A DNA stretch of 64,000 nt from Antedon mediterranea (taxonomy: Eukaryota > Animalia > Echinodermata), in contig NC_092673.1 of assembly GCF_964355755.1 (NCBI RefSeq), positions 12,000,948 to 12,064,947 on the forward strand, read 5' to 3'. Position 1 is the stretch's first letter. Every line of letters begins with the position of its first letter. The notes below the pieces were generated by a model. It searched no databases and had not been told where the DNA came from. It was given only the letters and a program-made list of their open reading frames with translations. Positions 32,251-44,968 of the stretch are shown here, piece after piece. A program made the translations under genes and the position numbers.

Positions 32251-32287
32251 GCAGAGCTTTCGGGCAACACTAGCCCTTCATCAGTGC
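32251..32287 (-). ncRNA. Minimal type-I hammerhead ribozyme motif (Penelope-LTR type)
   Basis: Minus strand GCA-CUGAUGA-A-GGGC(UAGUGUU)GCCC-GAAA-GC-UC-UGC: intact core boxes, 4-bp stem II, palindromic AGCU in place of stem III, 3-bp stem I. Confidence 0.7.
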
Positions 32288-32491
32288 AAGTGAAGGAATT
32301 TGGATAACGTCATAGTTATAGATGTAAATGGAGAAATATAGCAGTCACACTAAAATACTTCCTAGTCGAATTAAAATATCTCCAAAATATAGAATGGCAC
32401 CAATCGGTCCTGTTTTTGGTACCATGAAATATGAATTAAATAAAAAAAAAGAAAAAAAAAGGATTACTCAAAAAGTTATTGCAAGATATTT

Positions 32492-35400
32492 TAGTCCAGA
32501 TCCCTATTAGTCCATGGGCTGGAGGGGGGTTACCGTGCACCCCCCCCCCCCCCACAGTTAAACTTCTTTGGTATCATTTTCTTCCCACGGACATATAGAG
32601 TGAAAAAATCGATGTTAACAAGAAAAATATAGGGATGCATTGTATGTACTTGCGTCATTTGTAATGATCATCAGTGTTTTATCTTCAAATATTTTTTGGG
32701 GTAGGGGGTAACATTTATCCTAATAACCCAAGAATCCAACATCTAATTAGTATTATCTTAGTAACATTGTGTAGCATACATCTTTTAAAATCTTTTAAAA
32801 TTTAAATAAAATTAATCAGAAGATTATTAAGGTCAGTAGAGGTCAAAAGGTCATTGCAAAATGCAAATTTTTCCCAAAATATAGATAAATTTCAATATCG
32901 TATCTACAATTTTCAATATTTTTTATCTTAATTGTGTTTTACTTGTGCTTACTGACATATTGAATAAGAAAATATATGTTAACAAGATAAAAATTGCAGT
33001 TCATTATATACAAATTGTTATTTTTTATTGTTAAAAATTGCAATAAAAATACATTTTTTGGGGTAGGGGGTAACAATAATAGCAATAACCCAAGAATCAA
33101 ACATCTAATTAGTATGATCTTGGTGTCGTTGTGTAGCATTCATGTTTTTTAATCATATAACATTTGAATAAAATTAATCGAACCAATTTTAAGGTCAGTA
33201 GAGGTCAAAAGGTCACTGGCCTTTTGCAAAATTGCAAATATTTGCCATAATGAGATACATTTCAATATCAAATCTCCAATTTTCAATATTTTTTATTTTA
33301 ATTGTGTTTTACTTGTGTTTAGTGACATTGAATAACAAAATATGTGTTAACATGAAAAAAATTGCACTGCATTAATACCAATTGTCATGTAATTTTGTTA
33401 TTCTTCAAAATTACAACAAAAAGACATTTTTGGGGTAGGGGGTAACAATTATCCCAATAACCCAAGAATCCAACACCTAATTAGTATTATCTTGGTACCA
33501 TTGTGTAGCATACATCTTTTAAAATCTTATAAAATTTAAATAAAATTAATCGGACTATTAGTAGGGTCAGTAGAGGTCAAAAGGTCATTGACCTTTTACA
33601 AAAATGCACATTTTTGCCAAAATATAGATAAATTTCAACATAGTATCTATAATTTTCAATATGTTTTATCTTAATTGTGTTTTACTTGTGCTTACTGACA
33701 TATTGAATAAGAAAATATATGTTAACAAGATTAAAATTGCAGTTCATTATACATAAATTATCATTTTTTATTCTTAAAAATTGCAATAAAAATACATTTT
33801 TTGGGGTAGGGTGTAACATTAATAGCAATAACCAAGAATCAAACATCTAATTAGTATGATCTTGGTGTCGTTGTGTAGCATTCGTGTTTTTTAACCATAT
33901 AGAATTTTAATAAAATTAATTGAACCATGTTTAAGGTGAGTAGAGGTCAAAAAGGTCACTGACCTTTTGCAAAATTGCAAATATTTGCCATAATGAGATA
34001 CATTTCAATATCAATTCTCCAATTTTTTCACTACTTTTCATTTTAATTGTGTTTTACTTGTGTTTACTGACATTGAATAACAAAATGTGTGTTAACATGA
34101 AAAAAATTGCACTGCATTAATACCAATTGTCATGTAATTTTGTTATTCTTCAAAATTACAATAAAAAGACATTTTTGGGGTAGGGGGTAGCATTAATACC
34201 AATAACCCAAGAATCAAACATCTAATTAGTACGATCTTGGTATCGATGTGTAGCATACAGTATATTTTTTTGTAATCATGTTGAATTTAAATGAAATTAA
34301 TCGAACGATTATTAAGGTCAATGGATGTTTGATTCTTGGATTATTGGTATTAATGCTACCCCTTACCCCAAAAATGTCTTTTTATTGCAATTTTGAAGAA
34401 TAATAAAATTACATGACAATGGTATTAATGCACTGCAATTTTTTTCATGTTAACACACATTTTGTTACTCAATGTCAGTAAACACAAGTAAAACACAATT
34501 AAAATGAAAAGTATTGAACAAATTGGAGATTTGATATTGAAATGTATCTCATTATGGCAAATATTTGCAATTTTGCAAAAGGTCAGTGACCTTTTTGACC
34601 TCTACTGACCTTAAACATGGTTCGATTAATTTTATTAAAATTCTATATGGTTAAAAAACACGAATGCTACACAACGACACCAAGATCATACTAATTAGAT
34701 GTTTGATTCTTGAGTTATTGCTATTAATGTTACACCCTACCCCAAAAAATGTATTTTTATTACAATTTTTAAGAATAAAAAATGATAATTTGTGTATAAT
34801 GAACTGCAATTTTAATCTTGTTAACATATATTTTCTTATTCAATATGTCAGTAAGCACAAATAAAACACAATTAAGATAAAACATATTGAAAATTATAGA
34901 TACTATGTTGAAATTTATCTATATTTTGGCAAAAATGTGCATTTTTGTAAAAGGTCAATGACCTTTTGACCTCTACTGACCCTACTAATAGTCCGATTAA
35001 TTTTATTTAAATTTTATAAAATTTTAAAAGATGTATGCTACACAATGGTACCAAGATAATACTAATTAGGTGTTGGATTCTTGGGTTATTGGGATAATTG
35101 TTACCCCCTACCCCAAAAATGTCTTTTTATTGTAATTTTGAAGAATAACAAAATTACATGACAATTGGTATTAATGCAGTGCAATTTTTTTCATGTTAAC
35201 ACATATTTTGTTATTCAATATGTCAGTAAACACAAGTAAAACACAATTAAAATAAAAAGTATTGAAAAAATTGGAGATTTGATATTGAAATGTATCTCAT
35301 TATAGCAAATATTTGCAATTTTGCAAAAGGTCAGTGACCTTTTTGACCTCTACTGACCTTAAACATGGTTCGATTAATTTTATTTAAATTCTATATGATT

Positions 35401-38400
35401 AAAAAACACGAATGCTACACAACGACACCAAGATCATACTAATTAGATGTTTGATTCTTGGGTTATTGCTATTAATGTTACACCCTACGCCAAAAAATGT
35501 ATTTTTATTGCACTTTTTAAGAATAAAAAATGATAATTTGTGTATAATGAACTGCAATTTTAATCTTGTTAACATATATTTTCTTATTTAATATGTCAGT
35601 AAGCACAAGTAAAACACAATTAAGATAAAACATATTGAAAATTATAGATACTATGTTGAAATTTATCTATATTTTGGCAAAAATGTCTATTTTTGTAAAA
35701 GGTCAATGACCTCTACTGACTCTACTAATAGTCCGATAATTTTATTTAAATTTTACAAGATTTTAAAAGATGTATGCTACACAATGGTACCAAGATAATA
35801 CTAATTAGGTGTTGGATTCTTGGGTTATTGGGATAATTGTTACCCCCTACCCCAAAAATGTCTTTTTGTTGTAATTTTGAAGAATAACAAAATTACATGA
35901 CAATTGGTATTAATGCAGTGCAATTTTTTTCATGTTAACACATATTTTGTTATTCAATATGTCACTAAACACAAGTAAAACACAATTAAAATAAAAAATA
36001 TTGAAAATTGGAGATTTGATATTGAAATGTATCTCATTATGGCAAATATTTGCAATTTTGCAAAAGGTCAGTGACCTTTTGACCTCTACTGACCTTAAAA
36101 TTGGTTCGATTAATTTTATTCAAATGTTATATGATTAAAAAACATGAATGCTACACAACGACACCAAGATCATACTAATTAGATGTTTGATTCTTGGGTT
36201 ATTGCTATTATTGTTACCCCCTACCCCAAAAAATGTATTTTTATTGCAATTTTTAACAATAAAAAAATAACAATTTGTATATAATGAACTGCAATTTTTA
36301 TCTTGTTAACATATATTTTCTTATTCAATATGTCAGTAAGCACAAGTAAAACACAATTAAGATAAAAAATATTGAAAATTGTAGAAACGATATTGAAATT
36401 TATCTATATTTTGGGAAAAATTTGCATTTTGCAAAAGGTCAATGACCTTTTGACCTCTACTGACCTTAATAATCTTCCGATTAATTTTATTTAAATTTTA
36501 AAAGATTTTAAAAGATGTATGCTACACAATGTTACTAAGATAATACTAATTAGATGTTGGATTCTTGGGTTATTAGGATAAATGTTACCCCCTACCCCAA
36601 AAAATATTTGAAGATAAAACACTGATGATCATTACAAATGACGCAAGTACATACAATGCATCCCTATATTTTTCTTGTTAACATCGATTTTTTCACTCTA
36701 TATGTCCGTGGGAAGAAAATGATACCAAAGAAGTTTAACTGTGGGGGGGGGGGGGGGGGGTGCACGGTAACCCCCCTCCAGCCCATGGACTATATGTATT
36801 TTCGTGTGCAGATCATGGGGAAAGTGTAAACATTGTGTTTTATGAATATTTGAATCATGCTGGTTATAAAAACCCATGTTGTCAAATTTCTAAAATTCAT
36901 CTTTGACCTCTGACTTCAATTTGAATGGGTTGACCCATTGAAAACAAAATGATCATATCTTTGCAACGCTTAGATTAAATGAAATAATTTTAGTGTCAAA
37001 TTATTTGGGAGATGCATATTAATATTCGTTCTAATGAAAAAGTTTGTCCAAAAATGGCTGGAAGTATGATTTTTGGCATATTTGACCTTTGACCTACATA
37101 TCATATAACTCCGTAACTAATAGTTGGACAAACTTTAAATAGGGCTCAAATTAATCTGAAGGTATATGTTTCTATTCAGTCTAATAAGAACTTTTACAAG
37201 AAAATGACCCGAAATATATTTATTGACCTTTGACCTGTACTGGTAGTACATATTTCTATAATCTCAAAAACTATTGGCCGTAAAATGGTTGTTTTTGTGA
37301 AATGGTTCGAACAATTTACATTTATATGTTGTATAATAACAACATTTTCTAGAAATGTAAAAGAATTCTATTTATGATCACTAACTTTATAATTTATTAA
37401 CATCACTAGCATTTGTTATAATATTAAAATGTGTTATATTTGCTGATTTTAAGCACTTCACATGAATTTATCAGAATTATGTGTATTTAATATAAAGTTT
37501 ATTTTTTTTTTATATAAAGAAAATGTAATTGTCTATCAAATAAGACTATTTTCAAATTATTATGGCTAAAACTTAATTAGATACAGGCAAAAAAGTGTAT
37601 TTTTACTTGTGTGAACAGCGCCCTCAATCTTCATTTTTTCCCAAAAAATACCACATTTTTATGTGTTTTCCTGAACTAAACAGGTTATAACTTTGTTTTA
37701 AAGACTTTTTACAGTAACCTGTAATTTACATACCTCTTTTATAACGTACTAGGTCAGTTTCTGAAAAAATTGAGAAAAATATTCCGATAGCTTGATATTT
37801 TTGTTGAGGTTATTACATGATACACACAAAAAAAAAAATTTAATTTTGAGCTAAAAGTCCATCTTTTTGGTTTAATAAAAGCTATATAGCAGATATTAAT
37901 ACACAAAATTCATATTTTATTGGATAGATATTATGATTATCTTTCCAATAAAATATGCTGTTTGTGTAAGAATGGCTGTACAAGATGGTTTGTACTGGAC
38001 CAAAAAGATGGATTTTTAGCACAAAATCAAAATATTTTTAGCATGCACCATGTAATAACCTCAGGAAAAATATCAAGCTATAAAAATATTGTTTTCATTT
38101 TATCTCAGAAACTTACTTAGTATATGGTAGAAGGTGTATGTAAGTTACACGTCACTGACAACAAATCTTTTAAAAAGTTACAACCAGCTAAGTTTATGAA
38201 ACCACATAAAAATGTGGTATTTTTTGGGAAAAAATGAAGATTGAGGGCGCTGTTCACACAAGTAAAAATACACTTTTTTGCCTGTATCTAATTAAGTTTT
38301 AGCCATAATAATTTGAAAATAGTCTTATTTGATAGATAATTAAATTGTCTTTATATAAAAAAAAAAACAACATTATATTAAATACACATATTTTCTGATA

Positions 38401-39099
38401 AATTCATGTGAAGTGCGTAAAATCAGCAAATATAACACATTTTAATATTATAACAAATGCTAGTGATGTTAATAAATTATAAAGTTAGTGATCATAAATA
38501 GAATTCTTTTACATTTCTATAAAATGTTGTTATTATACAACATATAAATGTAAATTGTTCGAACCATTTCACAAAAACAACCATTTTACGGCCAATAGTT
38601 TTTGAGATTATAGAAATATGTACTACCAGTACAGGTCAAAGGTCAATAAAAATATTTCGGGTCATTTTCTTGTAAAAGTTCTTATTAGACTGAATAGAAA
38701 CTTATACCTTCAGATTAATTTGAGCCCTATTTAAAGTTTGTCCAACTATTAGTTACGGAGTTATATGATATGTAGGTCAAAGGTCAAATATGCCAAAAAT
38801 CATACTTCCAGCCATTTTTGGACAAACTTTTCCATTAGAACGAATATTAATATGCATCTCCCAAATAATTTGACACTAAAATTATTTCATTTAATCTAAG
38901 CGTTGCAAAGATATGATCATTTTGTTTTCAATGGGTCAAAACATTCAAATTGAGGTCAGAGGTCAAAGATGAATTATAGAAATTTGACAACATGGGTTTC
39001 TATAACCAGCATGATTCAAATATTCATAAAACACAATGTTTACACTTTCCCCATGATCTGCACACGAAGGCACTTTTTTTGACATAGGGATCTGGACTA
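32492..39099. mobile_element. Outer palindromic (foldback) element, TAGTCCA...TGGACTA termini, 3-bp TSD TTT (Academ-like)
   Basis: Left end tagtccagatccctat (32492-32507) resumes at 36796; right end atagggatctggacta ends at 39099. About 36800-37660 is a near-perfect inverted copy of about 38205-39068. Confidence 0.8.
32508..36792. mobile_element. Inner 4.3-kb palindromic element, TAGTCCA...TGGACTA termini, TSD TAT, arms built of ~370-bp subunits
   Basis: tat|TAGTCCATGGGCTGGAGGGGGG ... CCCCCCTCCAGCCCATGGACTA|tat. Symmetry switch near 34320; about 5 subunits on the left and about 6 inverted subunits on the right. Confidence 0.88.
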
Positions 39100-39189
39100 T
39101 TTCCTAAAATGCAGATATTTACCTTGAATCGGCACAGTCCATCTTCTTTTGATAGAGTGTGGCAGGGTTAAGGGGGCTTTTTTGGCTCA

Positions 39190-39385
39190 TTATAAACCCA
39201 TGTGTTTGTTTATCTCTTTCTTGAAGCAGAGTAGGTTTGGACCAGATATTGCACTTTGTGGTAAGTTATTCCAGTCATTCACTACACGCTGGCTGTAGAA
39301 GAATTTCCTACTGTCCAGATTTGGTTTTTCTTTTCTCAATTTGTACGAGTCTCCTCTTGTCTTTCCAGTAAACTGAAATTGCGTT
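39190..39385 (-). mobile_element. CR1-type LINE 3' end fragment
   Basis: TRGDSYKLRKEKPNLDSRKFFYSQRVVNDWNNLP is the typical CR1 ORF2 C-terminus. Confidence 0.8.
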
Positions 39386-39559
39386 TTCTCGAGAACTACT
39401 TCTCTCTCCTTCATTTTTGTACAAGAGGCAAAAGTTATAATTTGTGATTTGTAATCTTTAGGTTTTTCGATAAGAGTAGTTTTAAAAAACCTATTTATTT
39501 TCAAATTCACTTGTTTGTTTTTGACGTTTGTTAGTCAACTGTGACAAGAGTAATGACTA

Positions 39560-39980
39560 TTGGGAATGGTATGTTAAACCAAAATCAAAGTCATCCCTAA
39601 GTGACATATTGTGTAAAATATAAAGGAGAACCAAAGTTTGAAAAGTACTTACTAGATCAGACTAATTTCTTGGGTATCAGCCTTAAATTTAAAGCCCGTA
39701 CAAACTCCCTTAAACTCGAAGGAAGAAAATTGTTCTGGTCAGCTGAATTTACTGGCATATGTAAATTGTGCAACGATAATAAAAAAGAAACATTTGACCA
39801 CTTTCTTTTTTAATGCGCTGAACAAATAAGACATGAGTTGTATAATGAACCTAAAAACAAACTAAATTACTGCGGACTCAACTCTACCTGGGAAGAAATT
39901 TATAATAAGGGATCTCTTGTATATAAACACCACTTGTTCTTTGACAATTTAATTTTTGACCATCATTGTAAGCACTGAAT
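39560..39980 (+). mobile_element. LINE ORF2 C-terminal fragment related to the LINE at 46.4-51 kb
   Basis: EKYLLDQTNFLGISLKFKARTNSL...CKLCNDNKKETFDHFLF parallels EPYLLDKTDFYGSSLKFKLRSNTL...CKVCGSGEEDVKHFLFIC at 50540-50700. Confidence 0.7.
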
Positions 39981-40444
39981 ATCTGACCACCACTTCTTAG
40001 GGTCTATAGGAACAGGTTCTACAAAATCATGTGACCTATTTACCTACCACCTATATTGTTTTATTTGTATTTTTAACAAATTTTTCTTTTGCATATTGTA
40101 CATTTGGTCTTTTGTGCACATGTGTTGTGCTTAGTTTATACATACAGCTACCCTCCATGTTTTATAGTTTGTAGTATCTATATATTAATGCTACTAAATT
40201 TTTCGCGTAATTTTACGTATCTTCTCCAAAACCACTGATAGGTACGTGCTCACATTTGGCACACTGATGTTTATTGAATGGCCGCACACGATAGGCTATG
40301 TCACTTTCCCGAATTTTAAGGATAAACACTAAAAAAAATGCAAAAAATAGCAGTAATTTGACGTCTCAGCGGCCATGTTACGGCACTGTATAAACTACGC
40401 AACCTGCTCTGTTGTGTACCGCCATGGCCGGATCTACAAATACC

Positions 40445-41240
40445 ATGCCGGGCCGCTAAATAAACAGTCTTTAGTCAACTGTATCGAATGATCGCGCCGT
40501 TAAAGTTTTAATTAATTACACCTATCCTTGGAACAGAATGTATTTTGTAAATCACGGTTTGGCTCAGTGAGCAAATCGCCGTGACCATTGATATCAATGC
40601 TTAGTAGGTTCGAGTTCAATTCGCGACATGTGTAATAATTAAGTATCATTGCTGTTGCAAAATTAGTAGTTGTATTTTAGTGTAGTTTTAGTTTGTAAAT
40701 AAGTTTTGTAATAGCGTCAAGTCAAATTTTATGTCATTATCTCAAATATGTTTTATTTTCGTTTCAGTTTTAATTTTTCATTGTTTTTGTATTGAATTTT
40801 GTAATTGGTATGGACGCACCATCTACGCATGTGTGCCACTGTTAAAAAAGTGTTGTTCCAAATAAATATTATTATTATTATTATCACCGTTTAAAGATAA
40901 AAATCAAAGCTAGACCACAATGTAATTACAAACTAGCAAAAATGATACGAAAAGATACACACAAAAAAATAAAAAATAAAAAAAACATGAAAAAAAATGT
41001 AATGAACAAAAAAAAACCAAAAAAAAAACAAACAAAATAAATAACGTTGTTTCATTTTTGAGCTGTTTTATAAGGAAATATAAAAAAACATGAAATAAAC
41101 GAAAATGTAAATTTAAAAAAAACACACACACAAATAAAACGAATCCAAATGAGTGTCGTGTTTCCGCTAAATATCAACGAAAAATACACCCAAAATGTTT
41201 CTGTCCGAGCATCTAATTTCGACTACTTTTTGTGTTGAGT
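40445..41240 (+). repeat. Interspersed repeat with a tRNA-like (A/B box) segment, duplicated at about 44965-45670
   Basis: gccgggccgctaa...cacggtttggctcagtga...ttcgagtt at 40447-40635 and 44966-45155; shared downstream aaaacgaatccaaat..gtgtcgtgtttcc blocks. Confidence 0.7.
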
Positions 41241-41262
41241 CCGTAATCTTTGTTTTTATTCC

Positions 41263-42113
41263 CAGGGCCGTAGCCAGAATCTGTCAAGGGGGGGTTCGGA
41301 CAAAAAATATTTGGGTCGTATGTTAGATGCGCGTGCTCTGTGCGGAACCGCCGATTGTTTGATCATTTACTTCGTATTTTTTTTTTGCGTTCAAGTTCAA
41401 TGCGAACGTATATCTACAGCTCCGAAAAAAGCACACTGGGTGAAGGCAAATGCTATTTGCTAGCTCTATCTATAATATTTATTTACAGCAATTTGTTGAG
41501 GAATATAAATATGTAAATAGGTGATATTGATACATTTTAGTACGTATCGGTGTGGTCTAGAAAAAAATAATCGGATGCCATAATGTGAACTACAGTACTT
41601 GATACCATAGATATTATAGTGTAAAATATTAATATTCACTATAATCCTCTATGATACATTATACTTCATAGTCACACATAAATACTGATGTACGTCGGAA
41701 GGCTATATACTTTATGCATGCTGCCTGACTGCCAGTGATCTAAACAATTATAGGTACGCAGTTGTCTGGCGGTGTCCTTTGTACGAATCGTTCGTGCGCC
41801 AGCTCGCTATGAGACGCGTCAATATCATGTTACATGCAGGGACCAAACATTTATTTTTCAGGTTATTTAAATTTACAGACACGTATCACTAGTTGACGCT
41901 CATACAGAGAAGAAGGTTCACGAACAAGTTTACGAATTTTTCAATTTACAAACAACTTTCTGTACTGTGGGGCACGTATTTGGAGGATTTTTGGAGATGA
42001 GGGTGAGGTATTGGGCATGTCGGGGATGGGGGTTCGCAGTTGGTTAAGGGGGGTTCGCTATAAAGGGGGGGGGTTTGCCCGAACCATAAAAACCCCCCCT
42101 GGCTACGGGCCTG
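41263..42113. mobile_element. hAT5-like element, copy 2 (inverted relative to copy 1, internally deleted)
   Basis: CAGGGCCGTAGCCAG ... CTGGCTACGGGCCTG; TSD ATTCC at 41258-41262 and 42114-42118. The body is the reverse complement of 29618-30711. Confidence 0.88.
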
Positions 42114-42189
42114 ATTCCAATAATAACTTACCAATTCATATTTTATTAAAATGTTTTAATCTCTGCCGACTGATTGACAGAACGGTCTG

Positions 42190-44968
42190 GGCCGCGATTT
42201 TTTTTTTCGTACATAAGTTGGGGACCCCCTCATGAAACGTCACAAAATACACATGAATAATTCATCAGTTAAATTTTCTTGTTCCGTGTGCACCCAAGCG
42301 TATAGCAACAAGAAGTGATTACACAACTGCGATACGATACTTTTACAGTAGGCCTAGGATTCTAAGTCAATTCACGTGATTGCCTTCGCGCACTCTTCTT
42401 CACACACACACACACCACTATGCAAAATGTGTCGAGTCGAGGCTAATCGACTGCTAGGCAAGACATTACACTAAGTAGTAATTCATTGGACATAGCCCAA
42501 AGAAAGCTTAGACCCACAAGAATAAAGAATGTGTATAATTTGTGTACTGTATTTTTTTAATTCTGCTATTTTATTATCAAACAATATGCATGTAATCAAA
42601 GGAACTGCGCGTATATCATAGTTGCCATTTCTGGCATTATTATGCTTTTTGGCATTATTTGGAGGCCCACGGCATCTGGCATAATGCCGCGGCATTATTT
42701 AGCCGTTTTTAGCATAATCTGGCATAATTTTGTGATTTTTGAACAACCAAAAAAATAATATACCACAGAACAAAAATAAAATATTTTGTTTATAAATCTT
42801 GCAATTTAATACATATTATCACCTTATACAATATCATATCATATCGTACAAAACAGATCTGTTCAGGTTTTCCGTACAATAGTTCTTCCATCCTTTCGTT
42901 TCGGACTTAATTGACTCTTCGGATAGGAAGGCTGCTCGAAAACTACCGTGTGTGCGATTATATAGGCAGTACAACAAATCCGAAGAGGCTAGCTATTGGT
43001 CAATTTAGTGTCCAAGCTTATGTATGTGGGTAGACTTGCCCCAAGTCTGTATTATCTTTTTTTTTTATTTATTTGTTTTTATTTTGACCGCGATTTTTGT
43101 CTGAAAATACAGTATCCAAAATCAAGTAGTATACGTATGAAACGCCATATGTGCCAAAATATTTATCTTTTTACTAATATTAAGACAAAACTCCGTCTGG
43201 AACCCAGACTAGTATGTGGGTTGCATTTAATTGGTTTTAGTATTACAGTTTATTTTTAATTTGGTTTTATCGAACTTCCGTTTTATCTGAGTATTATCTG
43301 TTTTAATCTAGTCTATCTTTTTTTTATACTCATATATTTTTATATTGTATGTTTAATTGTTTTAAGGATGCACCATTATTATGTATGCCGCTGTTCAAAA
43401 AGCGTTTTCCAAATAAATTATTATTATTATTATTTTGTTGCTCTATTTTAGAGATCATGCAGGTTATTGGATCTCCATGGGTGTAGAGACAATTTGAACG
43501 AAAACATTATGAAAAGGATTTTGTTTCTTCAGTTCATAAAAAGTGGCCGCACCCTTACCCCAACCCTTGAAATGGCAATTTCCAGTAACTAATTAGAAGC
43601 TCTAATTCTAAAAAGAATTTCTTCTAGGAGAATTCGTTTTCCATATTTCAAATTATGTTCCATTTGCATCGTCGTAGCAACCCTATTTTTCCAAATGTTC
43701 TTCACCTCTCAGCCCCAGTAGTGACCGTGTGGGCGAGGTAATTTTTATTTAAAATTAAGTGCCATTTCCGCCCATCGAGAAGCTCTATTTTTCCATTTTT
43801 TTTTACCTCAGCCCCAACCATGGTGGGGCTGAGGTCATGGAGATACTTAATATATATTTTTATTTCCTATTTTAAATTATAATTGCCATTTTCGAACTAT
43901 GGTGGGCTAAGATCCTGGAGGTACTAATAAATATATTTTTATTTCATATCTGAAATTAAGTGCCATTTCCGGCCATCGAGCAGCTCTGTTTTTCCAAACA
44001 ACTCCCTGCTTAATAATATATATTTTCATTTCCTATTTTAAATTATAATTGCCATTTTCTAATTATGGTGGGCTAAGATCCTGTCATATTTGAAATTAAG
44101 TGCAAAGATCGAGCAGCTCTCATATTTCAGCTCAAAAATTCTAAATTTCCATGGCTGTAGTAACAGGTTTTTTTTGGGGGGGGGGGGGTTGTTCGTGGGT
44201 TGGTGTTTGTGTCATCTGAAATTACCATCTTCGCACCCCAGATAATTTTAAAATTATTAGTTATTACTCACAAAACTAAAAATACAATTTTTGAACGACA
44301 TAGGGATACAATTTAGGCCCTATTTTGTGTCAGTTGGGGTTTTACAAACGTTTATTAGACATACAACCGTTGGTGGCGCTGTTTAGGGCCACATTTTGGG
44401 GATCTGGCATTATTTTTCCCAATCTGGCATTATTTGAGACAGGATACGGCATAATTTACATTTTATCGCTGGCAACGCTGGCGTATATGAACACATGAGA
44501 TGGGAAGGTTAGACCCACGAGAATAAAAAATGTATTTTGGTGTAATGTTTATTGTTTAATTTTGCTGACTCTAACACACACACGTCACACACACCAACAC
44601 AGCTACTACTAGAATAGACATGGGTTTAGAGAATAGTAATTAGGCCTAATAGTATCAATAGAAACTATAATTTTAACACGTAATTCTTTAGTAATAAATT
44701 ATATTAAACACACCATAAACTAAAGGCTGATTATTTCGACAATCCACACAAAACGCCGCTATTCTATTATGAAATCGCACGCGGCAACCACAGCGGAGAT
44801 AGGCCTAGAATCGTACCGCACTTGTGTAAACTACTGTAATCACTTCTTGTTGCTATACGCTTGGGTGCACACGGAACAAGAAAATTTAACTGATGAATTA
44901 TTCATGTTTATTTTGTGACGTTTCATGAGGGGGTCCCCAACTTATGTACGAAAAAAAAAATCGCTGCC
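42190..44968. mobile_element. TIR element with ~135-bp terminal inverted repeats
   Basis: 42190-42322 (ggccgcgatttt...cgtacataagttggggaccccc...gaagtgattaca) is inverted at 44836-44968. No clear TSD. Confidence 0.75.
42617..44480. mobile_element. Non-autonomous hAT element nested in the previous element
   Basis: 8-bp TSD GCGTATAT at 42609-42616 and 44481-44488; termini CATAGTTGCCA / TGGCAACGCTG; ggcat(t/a)at subterminal repeats at both ends. Confidence 0.8.

Noticed and set aside
32939-34864. Duplicated 66-aa ORFs MLHNDTKIILIRC on opposite strands
   Set aside because: A by-product of the palindromic subunit array; no coding signature.
42885-42930. CCGAAGA...GAAAC hammerhead-like string on the minus strand
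   Set aside because: Core mismatch, no proper stem II and no UH cleavage site.
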